This document shows positions 1-14,100 of a stretch of 64,000 bases of DNA, piece by piece. The DNA comes from Raillietiella orientalis. Lineage: Eukaryota. Below the pieces are notes generated by a model that saw nothing but the letters and a program-made list of their open reading frames with translations, was not told the DNA's origin and made no database searches. A program made the position numbers and the translations under genes. The DNA lies in the NCBI GenBank assembly GCA_036172245.1, contig JAYWIR010000031.1, forward strand, positions 124,001 to 188,000, given 5' to 3'. Every line of letters starts with the position of its first letter. Positions within the stretch are counted from its first letter, which is position 1.

Positions 1-2180
1 AAATTTGATTCAATAGTTAGGAGAGAATCAACAATCTTCAAATGATTTCATACTATTTCATTCTCAGTGACCAGATGATTATTTCCCAGAATGCAGTGAT
101 TTGGTTGATTTTGATGAGTCATGTGGTGTCATGTGAATTAAATTATCGTAGATAGCAGAAGTGTTCAAATATTGTTAGGTGTAGTCCCAAATTAGAGTTT
201 ACTGACATTAGGATCTATTAAATAAATACATCATGCAGCTGCAAGTTTTTTTGAAGACTTAATTTGATCTTTGTTAGTATCTTCAGCTCTTTGTGCACAT
301 CAGTTATTGAGGAATCCAGCTTTATTATCTAGGAACCGCTATTTCTGATGAGAAGGCATTACTACCTCAGCGTCATTCTGTTTTAACCATTTTTACCCCC
401 ATATTAGGATATCATCGTGTTGAACAAGGAACAGAATGGAATACCTAATTTACATGCTGAATTAACCTAAGCATGCTCTTCAACTCGATGTGTATCTTAA
501 TGATTCAGTATTAACTTGGTTTGGTACTTTGGATTTCCTAAAGCATATCAAGTAGTGAATATTACAACATAATTCATATATGTTCTAAGGCTTGTGAAAT
601 GAGATTCACAAGTCTGATTCATAACGAGTTGGTTGTTGCAATGTAATTCAAAAAAAATATTGTTTTCAAATGCAAGGCAACTTGCAGTGATCACCAGCAT
701 CTAATGTTTTGGTCAGAAAACATACTGAAAGAAAGCAATGATCTATCAAACTTGTGTTACTTTTTGACAGAATTTGATAGCATATGCCAATTACAGACAG
801 GAAGTTTACTTCTTATCCTCAATTTATTTTTCAAGATGTGAACTTCCATTAAATAGAACTCAAGATATGCATAAGGTACATTTGAAGCAAAGATCCTTCA
901 AAGAATTCAAAAGAATCATTTCTTTAGCTAACTATTACCGGAATGGACAGTTAAATTTCTAGCTTGAAGGTGGTCTATGCCAAGATAATTTTCCTATCTA
1001 AGATGCATGTAAGGAGAAAGAAAAAATGTGTTTTTGTGGATGGTAATCAAAAGTCAAAATTTCAAATAAAACAACTTCACTTCCATGAAGTGATAAATCT
1101 TTATGTTGAATGTAATTTTTTTGTGACTGTTGTACTAAAAACTTCCTATTGGAAATTAGAATAATTGCCTGTATCAGCAAGACTTGAAACTTTACTAAAA
1201 TTTTTACTAAACTTGAAACTAAAATCGCTAATTCTAAAAGCTGCATTTTTTGTTAATCTCTGATTTGGAGAATCAGCACTCAGTGATCTCTAGTTTTGTT
1301 TTTGTAAATTCCTGAATTAATAAAGTACAGTAATGACACCTGAGATTATTAGAATCTAAAAAACTGCTGGCCTTGGTGGTAGATAAAATTTTGTCAGATT
1401 GCAAGAAGTTAAGATGAACTAAAGTTAAGATGAACTATCAGAATGCTTCAATTGTATGCAAAGTTCTGGGGAACTATGAGGGCAGCTGAAATGAGAATGC
1501 CTGTACTGCCATGAAGTGCTTCGTTTCTTTATGATGCAAACCAAATTTCCTCGTCATACAATTCCAAGGAATTCAGCAGTTGCATAATATCCCTAGAAAG
1601 TAGTTGATTATGACTCATCTTACAGCTCATCGAAATGATTGCAAAGTGCAGAAAATGTGGTAAGAAATGATGCTAATCAGTAAAAAAGGAAATATCCAAA
1701 GTTATGTTAATCAGACCTTATACCAAGTGGATGTGACCTATACAAAGCAAGAGTCTTTAGTAAAGCCATTTTCATAGTGCGAAAATGGTGCACAATGCAA
1801 TGCAAAAGTGGTTCTCCTGTTGCAAAAATTTTTGTACTATGGTATGAAATTGAATTCTTGCAAGACATCTATTGAGAGGGTGACTTATGTGTAGAGATAG
1901 TAATGTATGTTGTGCTATAAAATATTAAGGTATTTATGATGAAACCACTATTTTCATTTCAAATATTTTTGCTGAATCAGAATTATCAGTTCGGTGCATG
2001 ATCAGTCAGAAAAAATATGCACTAGGAAAGGGTAAAACTCCAACTTGTGAAAGAATACCAACCCATAATCGTATTTGCATATTAATAAATTTGAATTAGT
2101 CTTTTTTTAAAGAATATGCATTCTGTGTTGTAAATTACATTATATATATATATATATGTATACCTATTTGTGTGTATCTA

Positions 2181-5100
2181 TCATGAAGTCTGTGCTGCTG
2201 TACTTTCAGTAGAAATTTGCTTTTTTCTGCAACACAGTATTCTTATCCATTCTTTCAAGAAATGCTCACATTTAAACTCTGAAAGAAAATACTTTAAACT
2301 CTTAATGTGTTCTAAAATATATTCACCTGAAAGTAGGGGTCCTCTTGATAAGAGAAACATAGGGATGTAAGATACTAAGATGGGAATCCCCATTCCAAAC
2401 AGAAGAACATATAGATAGTAATCTCGTTTGGTTGCATCCGCCCATTCCGTACTGAATACAGATGTTCATTGTTGATAAAACTATATACGTACTTTATTCC
2501 TGCTTGAATGGCGGTTACTAGTATACCACTGATCATTTTGTCTGCAAAGGTGATGCATCCGTAAACAAAAGCGCTGTGTTGCTGGAATCATGTTATATTT
2601 ATAAGAACTGGCTTGGAAGAAAGTTAACATTATGACCCCTTGCATTTGATTCTTTCAAGTCTACAGTCTAAGAAACCAGTTTTAACACGAAGTTATTTTT
2701 TATCAAGAATAAGAAAATGAGAAGGAGAGAATGTTGAGCAACCTATTCGAAAAATGGAAAATTGCCCGAATTCCTGCAGAATCAACGTTTGTAAAACTGG
2801 AATCACCAAATATGGAGAGACCTCAGATGAAAGCTGGGCTCTGCTAATGCCAACGGATGCGTGATGAGACATTTCCGTTTCCTTTCTGGTAAATCGTGAT
2901 TCATGTGAATCGTAGGAATTGGAATTCTTCATGCAACCGTATAGAAGGAATTCTACAAATATTAGAAACCTTATGTATACACGAATATTCCGCGTCGTAA
3001 TTGCATGCAGGTAAGTTAAGTAGGTTGTGTATACGTAGGAGCTTGCACTTTGTATAAATAAATCATTTTTGATGTCAGGGTAAATTAAAGCAGATTTAAA
3101 ATTAACATCATGCAACTTAGAGATAGACTCAAAGGGCCGATTAGTTGAGGCTGTTCGAAAGATCCTGCTGATCGACCGTCTGCGACCGCCGGTGTTTGGA
3201 TTAGGATATGAAATGCATGTTTTCCACATTTTGTGAATGTGATGTGGGATATGTGAAGGTGATTTTACCGAGAATCCACGCGCGGCATAGAAATCATAAT
3301 TTTGATTTAAAGATGGACTGTGGACAATTAAAATGCAAAATAATTGAGGAAAACTGCATACGATGTAATTTACAGTGGGATATCACTCATCTCATTTTGA
3401 ATCCGATTTTCTGTTTCCCCGCAGTGCATCCGTTGGTGTCGGAGAAGCTCGAACGAAATTTTTCAGAGGTTGGTCCTCCTGCTACTTGACGATAAGATTG
3501 ATGTCAGGGATGCAGTTCTTGCTTGCTTTCACGGCGGCTAGCCCGGTCCAATGTTCTTATCTTACGTGTATCCTACCGTTAACTAGACTGCAGTGTTTTT
3601 TTTCCACGCCATGCTCTATATTCTCAGTGGATGCGCCTCCGACGCATCTGAAACGATGTTGGAATTCTCTTTTCCTCTGAATGGATTCCAGGAAACTGGT
3701 CGGAGTTGTACATCCACAGTTGTGTGTTTCGCTTGCATCTCTCATCTCTTCGCTTCGTGCCACTGGATTCTGAGCAACTCAAATTGTCCCCCTGTCACGA
3801 AATCAGAAAAAAAGCTTTCGTCTGTCTCTAATAAATGCTCGCTGATATTTGTGATTCGTCAGGTTATGGTTCTTTCCAGATTCGAATTTCAAACACCTTC
3901 GTAGGTGTAATAAGGGTCACTTGGAGTGCTTCAAAGTTTGTCGAGTAAAAAGAAGGATATTTTGCAACGAAAAGATGGTCATTTAATGAGTTTTGCTTCG
4001 TGTCATTCCAACGAACATCCTTATTTGACTTGAAATGAACGCCTGCACAGAAGTCGCCATGGTAGCTATTACTCTGGTGAGATCATCTACTGTCATTACA
4101 ATCTAATGATGCACGGGATGATGTACAGAAAGGATTTTTTTTTTTTCATCCTGCTTTGCTTTTGCAAATTCACCTAATTTTGCAGTGCATGTTACTTTTG
4201 AGATTTTTTTCCTGACTAGTTCTGATTTTCTGAAAGGGCATAGTTTCCAGTATTAACTTCGATGTGAATTAGATCTATTGATGAGGTGACCACATTTGTC
4301 CAAGATTACTTCCCTTTAGTTCTTAGTCGTTAATCATTGAGGAGATTAACAAATCATCGAATTCAGCGAACAATTCAGTTAATCAATCTTTTGCAAATCT
4401 TCTTTGCACCTATCGATGCAGTAATTCTCTAAAAGCATGTCCAGCAGGCGCGCCTATCTGCATCTGTTTGCATCACAATAATTTTGAGTTTACAGTGAAA
4501 TCGGCGTTTCGTTGTTTTGCCTTTGAAGAGGGAGATCGTTCCAATCATCCTATTTTCAACGCTGTTTTATCATGTTGAAACATTGGCGCCTCACGAATTC
4601 CTCTTGCTTCCCTTGTTCTGGTAGCATCCCCTTTTCAGGAACACCAGAGCATTACTTTCGGTCACTGTTCCGAAGCATACAAACACAGAGTTGGTTACAT
4701 CGGGAGCAGTTGAACAGCCGAAAAACGCATGGGTTTCTTTGGAACTGTCAACATGGGCAGCTTAGAGCAAGCAAATGGAAATGGCAAATATGGAAACGTC
4801 AACGATACGCGAATCCGTAAGCAAAAACAGAAGAATGGAGGAAGGAACGAATGTGGTTCTCTTCCTCCAATTCCGTTCCTGTCCTCGGATCATTCAAAAT
4901 GGAATGTTCAAATAATTTCGTATTCGAAAGTTCAGTGCGAAAATCAGAGTGGTGTGAGAGCACTGACGTCGGAATGTAAACTTTTGCAGGTGAGTTGATG
5001 AGCTCAGACAAATATCGTAAAGCTGTAACACCGTTATAAAAGCACGGAGGTTACAGTTTCCGTTTCGAACTGGAAAAAAAAAAAAAACATTGAATAAACT

Positions 5101-8100
5101 AGAAAGGAGAAGGTGGATGCTGAGCAAATAATCTACTAATCTTAGATCGGCTGCGACATGATGAAAGAAAAAAGAAACAGTCTGAAAACAGGAACATTTG
5201 GACAAAAAACAAACAAAAAAACACACACACACAATTGCAGAGTATTGCGTGATCAAATAAGTAAGAAAAATAAATGGAGGTCATTAAGTTCAGTTCTTAC
5301 CGTTTGCCTCCCGATGAGCACAGGGACAAATGCTAGACTAGAAACTTGCATTATCATAAAAGCGAGTCCAATGAGAGCAGTCATCCCATAGAGGCTGTTG
5401 GATATGTAGACTCCCGTACTTTCATTCAACATCCAGAGGACGCTTGCCATGCCGAAAATCGTTCCCAGAAGAAAAGTCATCTTCGAAAGAAAACGGCACA
5501 TTAATCGGATAGATGCTATAAGAAAATTTCATCAACAGTCAAAACCGTCCTTCTATATAATATTCTAAAAGATGCAAAAGCTAAAAAAACGAGTGAACAT
5601 TTTGAAGAAAATTTTGAAGCATTCAAAGATGAATGTTGCCTGCTGCCAGGTCGTTCTCTGTGCAGAACCGCTTGGCAGTGGTCATTCGAATCGCTGAGAT
5701 CTGCTTCCAGTGCAGAAAAATCATGCCTGTTTGTCGTGCTGTGAAGAGTGTCACTGAAGCTGAAGTGACTGGTTGAAAGGGCACACCTAGATGACACCAC
5801 GTGAGCCAGGGCGGAAGTCAAGAACGATTCCCATACATTGCTTTTTTCGTGTCTGTCGCAAGAGATGGTACTGGAGTACATGGAGGAATTTACAGAAAAA
5901 TTAAAGCAAATGAGAATTCAGTATGCACTATGTATTTGTGTATGCAGTTGGCTGATTCTTGAACGCCAAATTTCTAGAGTGCATTTTTTATACGTATGTA
6001 TAATGAACTCATGATATCAGCACCTGCATTTTTTAACGAATGCAGTGAATGCTCCTATGAAAACGAACTGTAGAGAACTCATATCCATCCATTTGTAAGC
6101 AGAGAATTTTTGTTGATCTAGTAGAATAAAGAAACCTTGTTCGAAAATCATCTGATTATTCAGGAGTCTTACGAATAGTTGCGAATAGCACAATTCGTTT
6201 TTGCTATGAAGACCTTCTTTACGGTAGATTTTGGTCTTAAGAAAGCACAAAACGTCCTTTATGCAACAGATCCATCCTTTCACGACTGAGAGGACACAAA
6301 TTACTTTCTGTGTATCTGTGGGGTAAGAGCGACTTCTGCATGCTTTCGTTTAGCGACGATAAACTGCAACGCGCGTGGGCACCTTCGCAGTGCCAAAGTC
6401 CCTCCGAGTAACAAGAGCCCCCTCTACGACGTCGTCGTTGGTTTCCAGGAAAAGAGTTGAAATAATAATTACGGCTCTTTTAGTAACACAATGTTGGCCT
6501 TCAGCCCGCTTGTGCAATGTTTTGTGGATCTCGTTTTGAAGTGAAGGTTCCCACGTTCGTTTCCATCCTTTGAGGTCATCACAACTCCTTGAACCCAAAA
6601 CAAAGGAGCGAGTTTTTATTCCCGGAAGGCATGCTCGTTCCTATTTTTCAAGCACGTGTGGACACTGATCGCCATGTGTGCATTATTATTTTGTGTGACT
6701 AACAACTGACGATTCCGTTCGGGCACTTCAGATGATGAAGCACATCAAAGACGAGGATGAAGGGGTGTCTCAAACGAATTCCGGAGGAAACCTTCATACA
6801 TCTTCAAAGTTTTCGTTTCGCTGTTGATCGCGAAAACTTTTGTTCACCGCTGCACTCTTCTTGGAACATTCGCAGAATGGATCCGGAATATTTCACTTGA
6901 AAGAAATCACGGGACTCCAGTTTCCTGCTGAGCAGTAAAGAATTTTCTCAGAAGGAAGGGTTTTTTTGTTTTCGCAAACGAATGAAACCACAATGGAACC
7001 CTGAAGCGAGGTACTGAAACGGTGCCAGAAGTGCCACAAACAACCCTTTCCGAATCTTAATACTGAAATCACTGCATATTGTTTTCTATTTTCCCTACTC
7101 GAAGGTTTGTTTTATTTGAGTTTGTCAGATTTGGAAAGGGTCTCCGACCTGACTTGAGCGCAAAGATTGTGATTGAGCCCTGAGCTCATCGACAGAAGTG
7201 TGTGCTGTGGCTAACTACATGAGCGTGTGTCATCTTGAACGCTCTTCTAGAACATACCCCTTCCCAGAGTTGGTTCCAGTCTCTGGTGGCAACTTCGTTC
7301 GTGCCCCGGCTAACGCATGCTTTGCCTACGCTGGCAGACACTCCCACTTTCGTTCACGGCATTCTCAACAGCCGGCTCTATGAATCGCACTTGGACTTGG
7401 CAACTCGGTATAGAAAATAACTTAGCAGCAAGTCACCATTCTTACTGATGCCACAAGAACAATGAACAGTGAGTACTTACAGCATTTCCCAACAAATTTG
7501 TCAGGAATTTCATGAGCACTAAGGAGGCGATGAAGCTACTTAAATTCATCACCAGTGGTGTGGTGGCTATTTGGCTCTGAAACATGGATGAGGCAGCTTT
7601 ATGGTTAGAAGCACAGGTTTACATTCATGCACACATGGGTGTTGAATCGAGTTTTCCTGGTGCCCAAGAGAAAATGATAGAATTGTCCTTGTCGCGAGGA
7701 ATCCTTCAGGCAAAGTTGCCTGCGCCGCATACAGAGAAGAAACAAGGATCTGAAGAACTCGAAAAATGAAATGGAAGGATGGATAAGTAGGAACAAAACG
7801 AAATCGCAGTAAAGTGAAAGTTTTCTTAAAGGGGAAGGAAGGCATTTTTAAAGGAAAAATGCAACAGGAATTTTTCAAAACAATTAAAGTTCCAAACACG
7901 TGGCAACCAATCTTCCAGGAAGGAAACCAGAACATCAGCAAAATTCCCTTTTATTACCTCTTCTTTAATCTCCCACGTGAATTATGCACCTTTACTTTCT
8001 CGAGTTCTCATCAAACGATTTGTAGAAGAATAGATCCCTTTTACTTGGAACTAAAGCCTCATTCTCTTCCTCCATTCTCAGACGCCTCGCATATACGTTC

Positions 8101-11100
8101 AGAATCAAAACGGTCTTGACCATGCATCTTATGATCCAGTCTCTCGGTCACAGGGAATCACGACCAAGAAACTACTGTTCTCTTCATTTCCACTCCTCTT
8201 CCGATCCTCAGTCAACCGTTTTTAAAAAGTGTTTTTTTTTTTTAAACGTAATTTTCCTTCAGCAGATCTCCACTGGTTGTTTACATCCTCCCATCAATTG
8301 GACTAATAGAAAAAAAAAAAAAAAAACTTATCATACTCGTTCTTCTTTTCTGCTCATCCCGTTCGTTCTCATCTCACTCTGCTTAAAATCTAAAGCTTAA
8401 AAAAAGGCATGATTTTGTGGATCCTCAAAGCCAACGCGAACGGCGATAAAGTTTTTCGTGGATGAAAGGCAGATTTATTTGGATAAAGAAGAGAGAATCT
8501 GAAGATATCAGAAAAAGTATCAGAAAAATGGACCAAGAAAAAGAAAAAATGATCGATCACTGCAAGACATGGAACTATTCTGGAACGAAGAGGGATTCAG
8601 ATCGTGAGATTGATCCCTATGATTCGCAGTCGACCTTTTTCCTGCTTGTCATTCACTACCTGAAATCCTTGCACAAGACAGTCAGCACATCTGATATGTC
8701 TCAAAAGGCATTTAGCCGGTGGCGACTAAACACCAACACGAAATCGTGCAAATTGGAGCTGGAAAATCTCGCTCCTCATGTACCAAGTTATTCCAGTGAT
8801 CCAGTGAACCGTCAGCCCCGGAGTCATCGGTCAGCAAATAGACAATCTGCATTCTGATGCAATTATCTACACATTTCAGGGGAAATTCCCATCACACCAG
8901 CCATTTCACCTACAAGTCACACAATCTCATTCCAATTTCTCAACATGGACCATGCTCCAAAACTTCGTTCCGATCCCTAGTAAACTCTTGACAAGAAGTA
9001 ACAACTGCAATTATGTCTGCATCTCGTAACAGATCACTTGCGTCACGCTGCATCATAGGACAACCCTTTGCTAATCACTGTTGGCAGCAGCTTCTCCAAT
9101 TAAACAACGTACGAAAAATAGGATTCCCATTCCACCTCATTTCCCTCCTCCTTACTACCTCTTCGTCCCCTTTCATTTATCGAGGCTAGAGTGATCACCT
9201 ATTTCACATCCCATGTTCCATTGCTGATCACTCACTAAGTGGTTTTAAGTCTTCATCCGCTAGGAGAACTTTTCATATCCACCTTATTGAAGATCCCTTT
9301 AATGAGAATAGGCTGAATCATTCCTTTTGGGGATGGACTTCATGTTCGGATGACAATAAACTAGAATGTTTTTTTTCTTCAATCTACATCATAGTCAATA
9401 CTTTTACAACGCAATCGGTTTGTCTCCAATCCGTGAATGCTGCACATATACTCTTGATCACCAAGGGCTTTCGTTTCAATTATTCCAATGAGTTAAGAGT
9501 TATTTTCAAACAGATTCAGAACAGAATGCAACCATCTGTTAATTTTAATATACGATGATAGATTACAGCATGCTGGATCACTTTCTCGATTCAATTTTAT
9601 GTAGTAGTTCAGTTGGATGTAGGATATCCAATTAAGCTGACCATTCTTGATTGTCCACTCTTTTGGATATCTCGTTCAACATCGAGTTTAGAAACTCCTG
9701 CATCCATCTGAGGTCTCCCAATACGAATGATCCTCTTCACTTAATCCTATTCACTTAATTCGATATTAGATTAGACATCAGTGGTCTCGATTCTTCATTG
9801 GATTCATCTACGTTTTCCACTAAATCCGATGAAGAGCCCAAGTTCCAAAATTTCTGCTATTCTCTCAAAACCGATGGTGGTTTTCCAGTGAAGTATAAAA
9901 TCTGTTGACGCACGTAGAACGTTTTTTACCCAGTATTTCTCTCATCCGTGCTGCAAAGTTATTAATTACTTCAGCAATGAGTGAAATTGCTTGTGTCTTC
10001 TTACATTCGAGAAGCAGAGTCCAGCTTGAATACCGAAATCTCTTGGCTAAAATCTGAAACCCGTAAAACTTTTCTCCTTTCAAACTCTGCTTATTTGGTA
10101 TTCTCTTTCTTACTCGTTAAAAAAAACACAGACACACACTTCTCTCTTAGTTAAATGTATTCATCTGCACTTCTAGTGTCAACTCGTTCAGCCGTTTGGT
10201 ATCACTCGCTTATTTTAAGGAGGATGGCATCATTGCCGTCTGAGTTGAGATTATAGCCACCGATACCAGTCTGGCAAGATACCTGTCTAAATGAAATACC
10301 GTTCAGTCGTGCTTTATTTCTTATCGATGCTCACTAGCACTTATTAGCTCACTGGCAGCTGTGACCACTGCATTCGACGGGCATCTCTGATCGTAGAGGA
10401 ACCATCAGATGAAATCTGCTCTTTGCTCACCTTTTGTTTTTTCATACCCTTTTCTGCAGAGAGGAGCATCTACTTCTAACTGGCCATGTCACGCAGAAAA
10501 AGCACACGCTTCCGAAACTTACTCGCCTTGATCTCCTCCCTGGATTCTGTGGTCTCTTTCTACCTTGCAGCTGAGGGCACTGGATTGTGGATATGATTCA
10601 AAAATCTGATTGCAATCTACGTTGAAGGATTGACCGTCCAAGTTATCGTTCCGCCAAAAAATTTCCTGGTCGATGCAGTTTGGAAATCCTTACATTTACA
10701 TCCTGCCTCCGTGTTCATCCACCTGAGTGACTCTAATCAGGGAAGTACTCAGGTACCTTGCAAAATATCATCGCTTCGTATCTCATTTTTTCATCTTCAT
10801 AGGCTGCATCCTCAATGGTGGAACATTAGAGAACAGTCATTCGGAAGACCGCTTGCCTCTATTTAGCCAGGATAGCCAGGATTCAGGTGAAAAAGACGAA
10901 TTTATCGCGCTTCATCTCCCTCGATCACACCCAGTCGTCGCCATTGGGGCCATCGCCAACTCATGAGGTTCCTGTCTGCTTCCCTTCATCTGTTGTGCAT
11001 TTTGGAAGTGCTGTACGTGGTTATGCGGTGAGGATCTCTTTCGTACCAAGTCCGCTTGGTACGAAAGAAAACTTCACAAACAACCACACACCCCGGCTTG

Positions 11101-14100
11101 CGATTCGTCACAGTTGCCGGCACGAATTCCACCGTCGGCGGCGTCGCGGTCATCATCAGAGTGGAATGCCACACCACCATTCGACCACTCGCACCCCTCA
11201 TTGGCTTCGACGTTGACGTCTACCAGTTTCAAGGCTAGTCGTCGCCAGCTCCAATACAAGAACCGAGCCGGAAGCAGGAGCTCACCGGAAGTGCAGTTTC
11301 TGGAAACCGCAAGCTTCTCCGAGGTCGCAAGCGTTCCTCAGCACAGCTCGACCCTCGGTGCCAACGAAGAGTTCCCGGTTGGAACGTTTCATTGTGTACA
11401 CGTGAGGAGTCCCGCTGGATAAGTTTCGGGAATGCAACCCCAAAGTTCGATCTGGAGTTTCCTTCTTGGGCAGGAGAGAGAGAGAAAGAGAGAGAGAGAG
11501 AGGCGGTAGGGACAGTGAAGAAACGAAGTCGCGAGTCCTTCAAAATCCCCTCCCGCCATGTGGATGTTCTGGGAACAGGGAAGGCACCCAGCATGCACCC
11601 CTCGGGATCACCCACTCCACTCACCGGGGAAGAAGGTGAATGCAAATGTCAGGCCGATGGCTCTGATTGCAGTACTTACCTTCTGCTCTCTGAACGCTGA
11701 GGTCAGGTATAGAGGGATGTAAATCTGGGCCAGTATTCCGAACATCCTGCTGCACGCGTACACCAACGCCACCTCGAATAGGGAGAGATGCGGATCAGTC
11801 TCGAGCGTTTTCCGTAGGTCGGAAACCTCCCGAGAAGGAAAGACCGCTGTCATCTACGAGGCCAGGGCAGGAGACCCTCGGTCCCCTTGCACTGCCCGTT
11901 GGAACTCCGGGATCCCCTAAGATCCCACCCCATCCTGCCTTCCGTGGTTCCGGGCACTCCCCTCTCCGGAAGACTCCGTTGCTTTCGGAAGCGCCCTCTT
12001 CTCACGCTTGGGGAGGTGCGACGGGAGCACGTTCCAAGCGAAGCGAGCCGCCGGGTGAACCGAGGAGGAGCTGACCGCTGCGTGCTGCTGCTGCTTCCGG
12101 TTCCTTCCAGAGCTCCTCCCGTCTGCGCCCCACTCCAGTTTCTCTCCGCCCGGTTCGCGCCACTTCTCTGACGCCACGACGCGCCTCCCCTTTGGTCCGG
12201 AGAGCCTCGCCCCCTCCAGGGGAATCACTGGAGCGAAGTGGAAGCCGCCCCCTCGAAACCCGAAAGCTCGGATGCAGGGAAGAGGAAGAAGGGGAGCTCC
12301 GCTTTCGAACCGCAGTTCTCCCCATTCTTCGCTCCAAGCATGTCGTATCGGTCACTCCCGCAGGCCGTTCGGCGAGGGCGAGCGGGAGTGCTGCGCATGC
12401 GTCACCGCCTGCGCGCGAGGGTATCGGAAGCGTCTTCAAGGGAGGAGGAGGGTGGAGAAGACCGGATCGTATCCGCTCTCTCGCAAGGGGCTGAGGAATA
12501 AATGAACAGATTCGACGTGACCTGCAAGGCGAGTGGCTATTGTTGGTTCAGGAGGGAGGTGACTCCTGTGACCATTCACAGCTGAACACCCTGTAGCAGG
12601 TGCCGGATTCAGTACCGAAGATGGGCCTGCCACCTAGCGGGGAGGAGGCGAACGGTCTTCGGTTCGCGCTTAGGCTGACAGCGCATCCCCGAGAATTTCC
12701 CGGGAGAGCCCTGGGAGGATGACCGAAATTCTTCGTTGGTCAGAGGCGAAACTGCGGTGGCACTCGCGACTCCATCAGCGTCGATGGACGCTCGACCTGG
12801 ACGGAAGGCCCCCAGGATATTGCTGCGACGGCCTGCAGGCGGGGAAAATCTTGGGCTGACCCGTTCTCTAATGCTCACTTCCGCGGACCGCCCCTTGGTG
12901 GCCAGATTCGAAGGTCGCATCCTTGCTCCGAAGATCCGTGCGGCTGTGGCTAAGCAGATCCACTCCACGGCGCCGGAGGGGCAGCGGCAGCCACTGCGAG
13001 CCCAGAATGCGGCCTTAGAATGCGCCCCAACGCCACCGACTGCTCTTGGGAACCAAGAGCAGTCGCGGAGCCCAGCTGCGTCCGGCGCGGCGGAGGAATC
13101 CGGATCACAGAAAGGAGTTTCCGAGGATGTCTGGCATTCGACCTCTGAATAAAACACCATCAGGGTTGTTCAGCGCTCTAGCAGCAGCGAACCTCTGCAA
13201 GGTGTTTTGTTTTTGTTTTTTTTTAATGGAGAAGTGGGGGGGTGTTTATTCGGGAGCGTCTTCTCAGAGGACCCGACCCGGAGCGCCCGGGCGCTCAACA
13301 GAAGGAGGGCTCCCCCTCCTTCTGTGTGCCAGTGGCAGTTGCGGGAAAGCTGCAAGAGCGATCCTTCTCCGCTCGAGCGCCAGAGGCTTGCCGCCGCCAT
13401 CTGGCGGACGTCGACGCAGGTCATGCGGACGCGCGCGCGCTCTGCCTTGGGCGAGCGCTCTGGAGCTGTTCGCGCACGTCCGATAAGGCGTCCTCATCTG
13501 ACGAGGGATGTCCCGTGGTTGTGAATTCTCTCCGGAACTTGGGTCGGGTCTGCACGCACAGGTTCGTCAGCAGTCCGGTCTACGCACCCTGGGAGCCACT
13601 CACTAGCTTCTTCTCCCCTTCCGTCCACCACAGGAGTTCGTCCGGAAGACGTCGAGTTCAACGCCGGTTCTCCGAGGCGGTGCCTTTTCATGATCCTCAG
13701 CTCTTCTGCCGTCTCTCGATTGATGTCACGCCCTCGCACTTTCGTCCTATTTACCCGCCTCAGTGCCATCCTCCGTGACTGTCCAATCGGTTCGCCACTG
13801 CCACTCTGAGGGTCAACTGCCCCTTTGATCTCGGCCAAGAGGCCGAGGAGCGATAACGGAAAGCAGCGAGACCAGGCTCATCTGAGGAAGCAGCAGCGGC
13901 ACTGCTCTGACGAGAGGCACTGCTTCGCAGAGCCAGCGCCACGCGATCGGGCTCATGTGCAGAAGCATCTCATGTTGATAAGTTGCTCGCACGCGCGAGG
14001 ACCGAAACGACCACGTGTGGTACAGAGTAACAAGGGAGAGCCTGCGGGAACTTTGCAGTGGCTTCCAGAATTTACGGAACCCGCAGCTCAAACCTGCGAA

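Noticed and set aside
280..350. Possible terminal exon on the plus strand (LCAHQLLRNPALLSRNRYF*)
   Set aside because: No homology recognised and the upstream context lies outside the window.
6960..7050. [15 protein letters not shown] as a candidate MFSD12 exon
   Set aside because: The true exon was found at 7481-7576 with proper splice sites and a better match.
13495..13530. CTGACGA/CTGATGA hammerhead-like cores (also near 345 and 13908)
   Set aside because: No stem II followed by GAAA, so the ribozyme core is incomplete.
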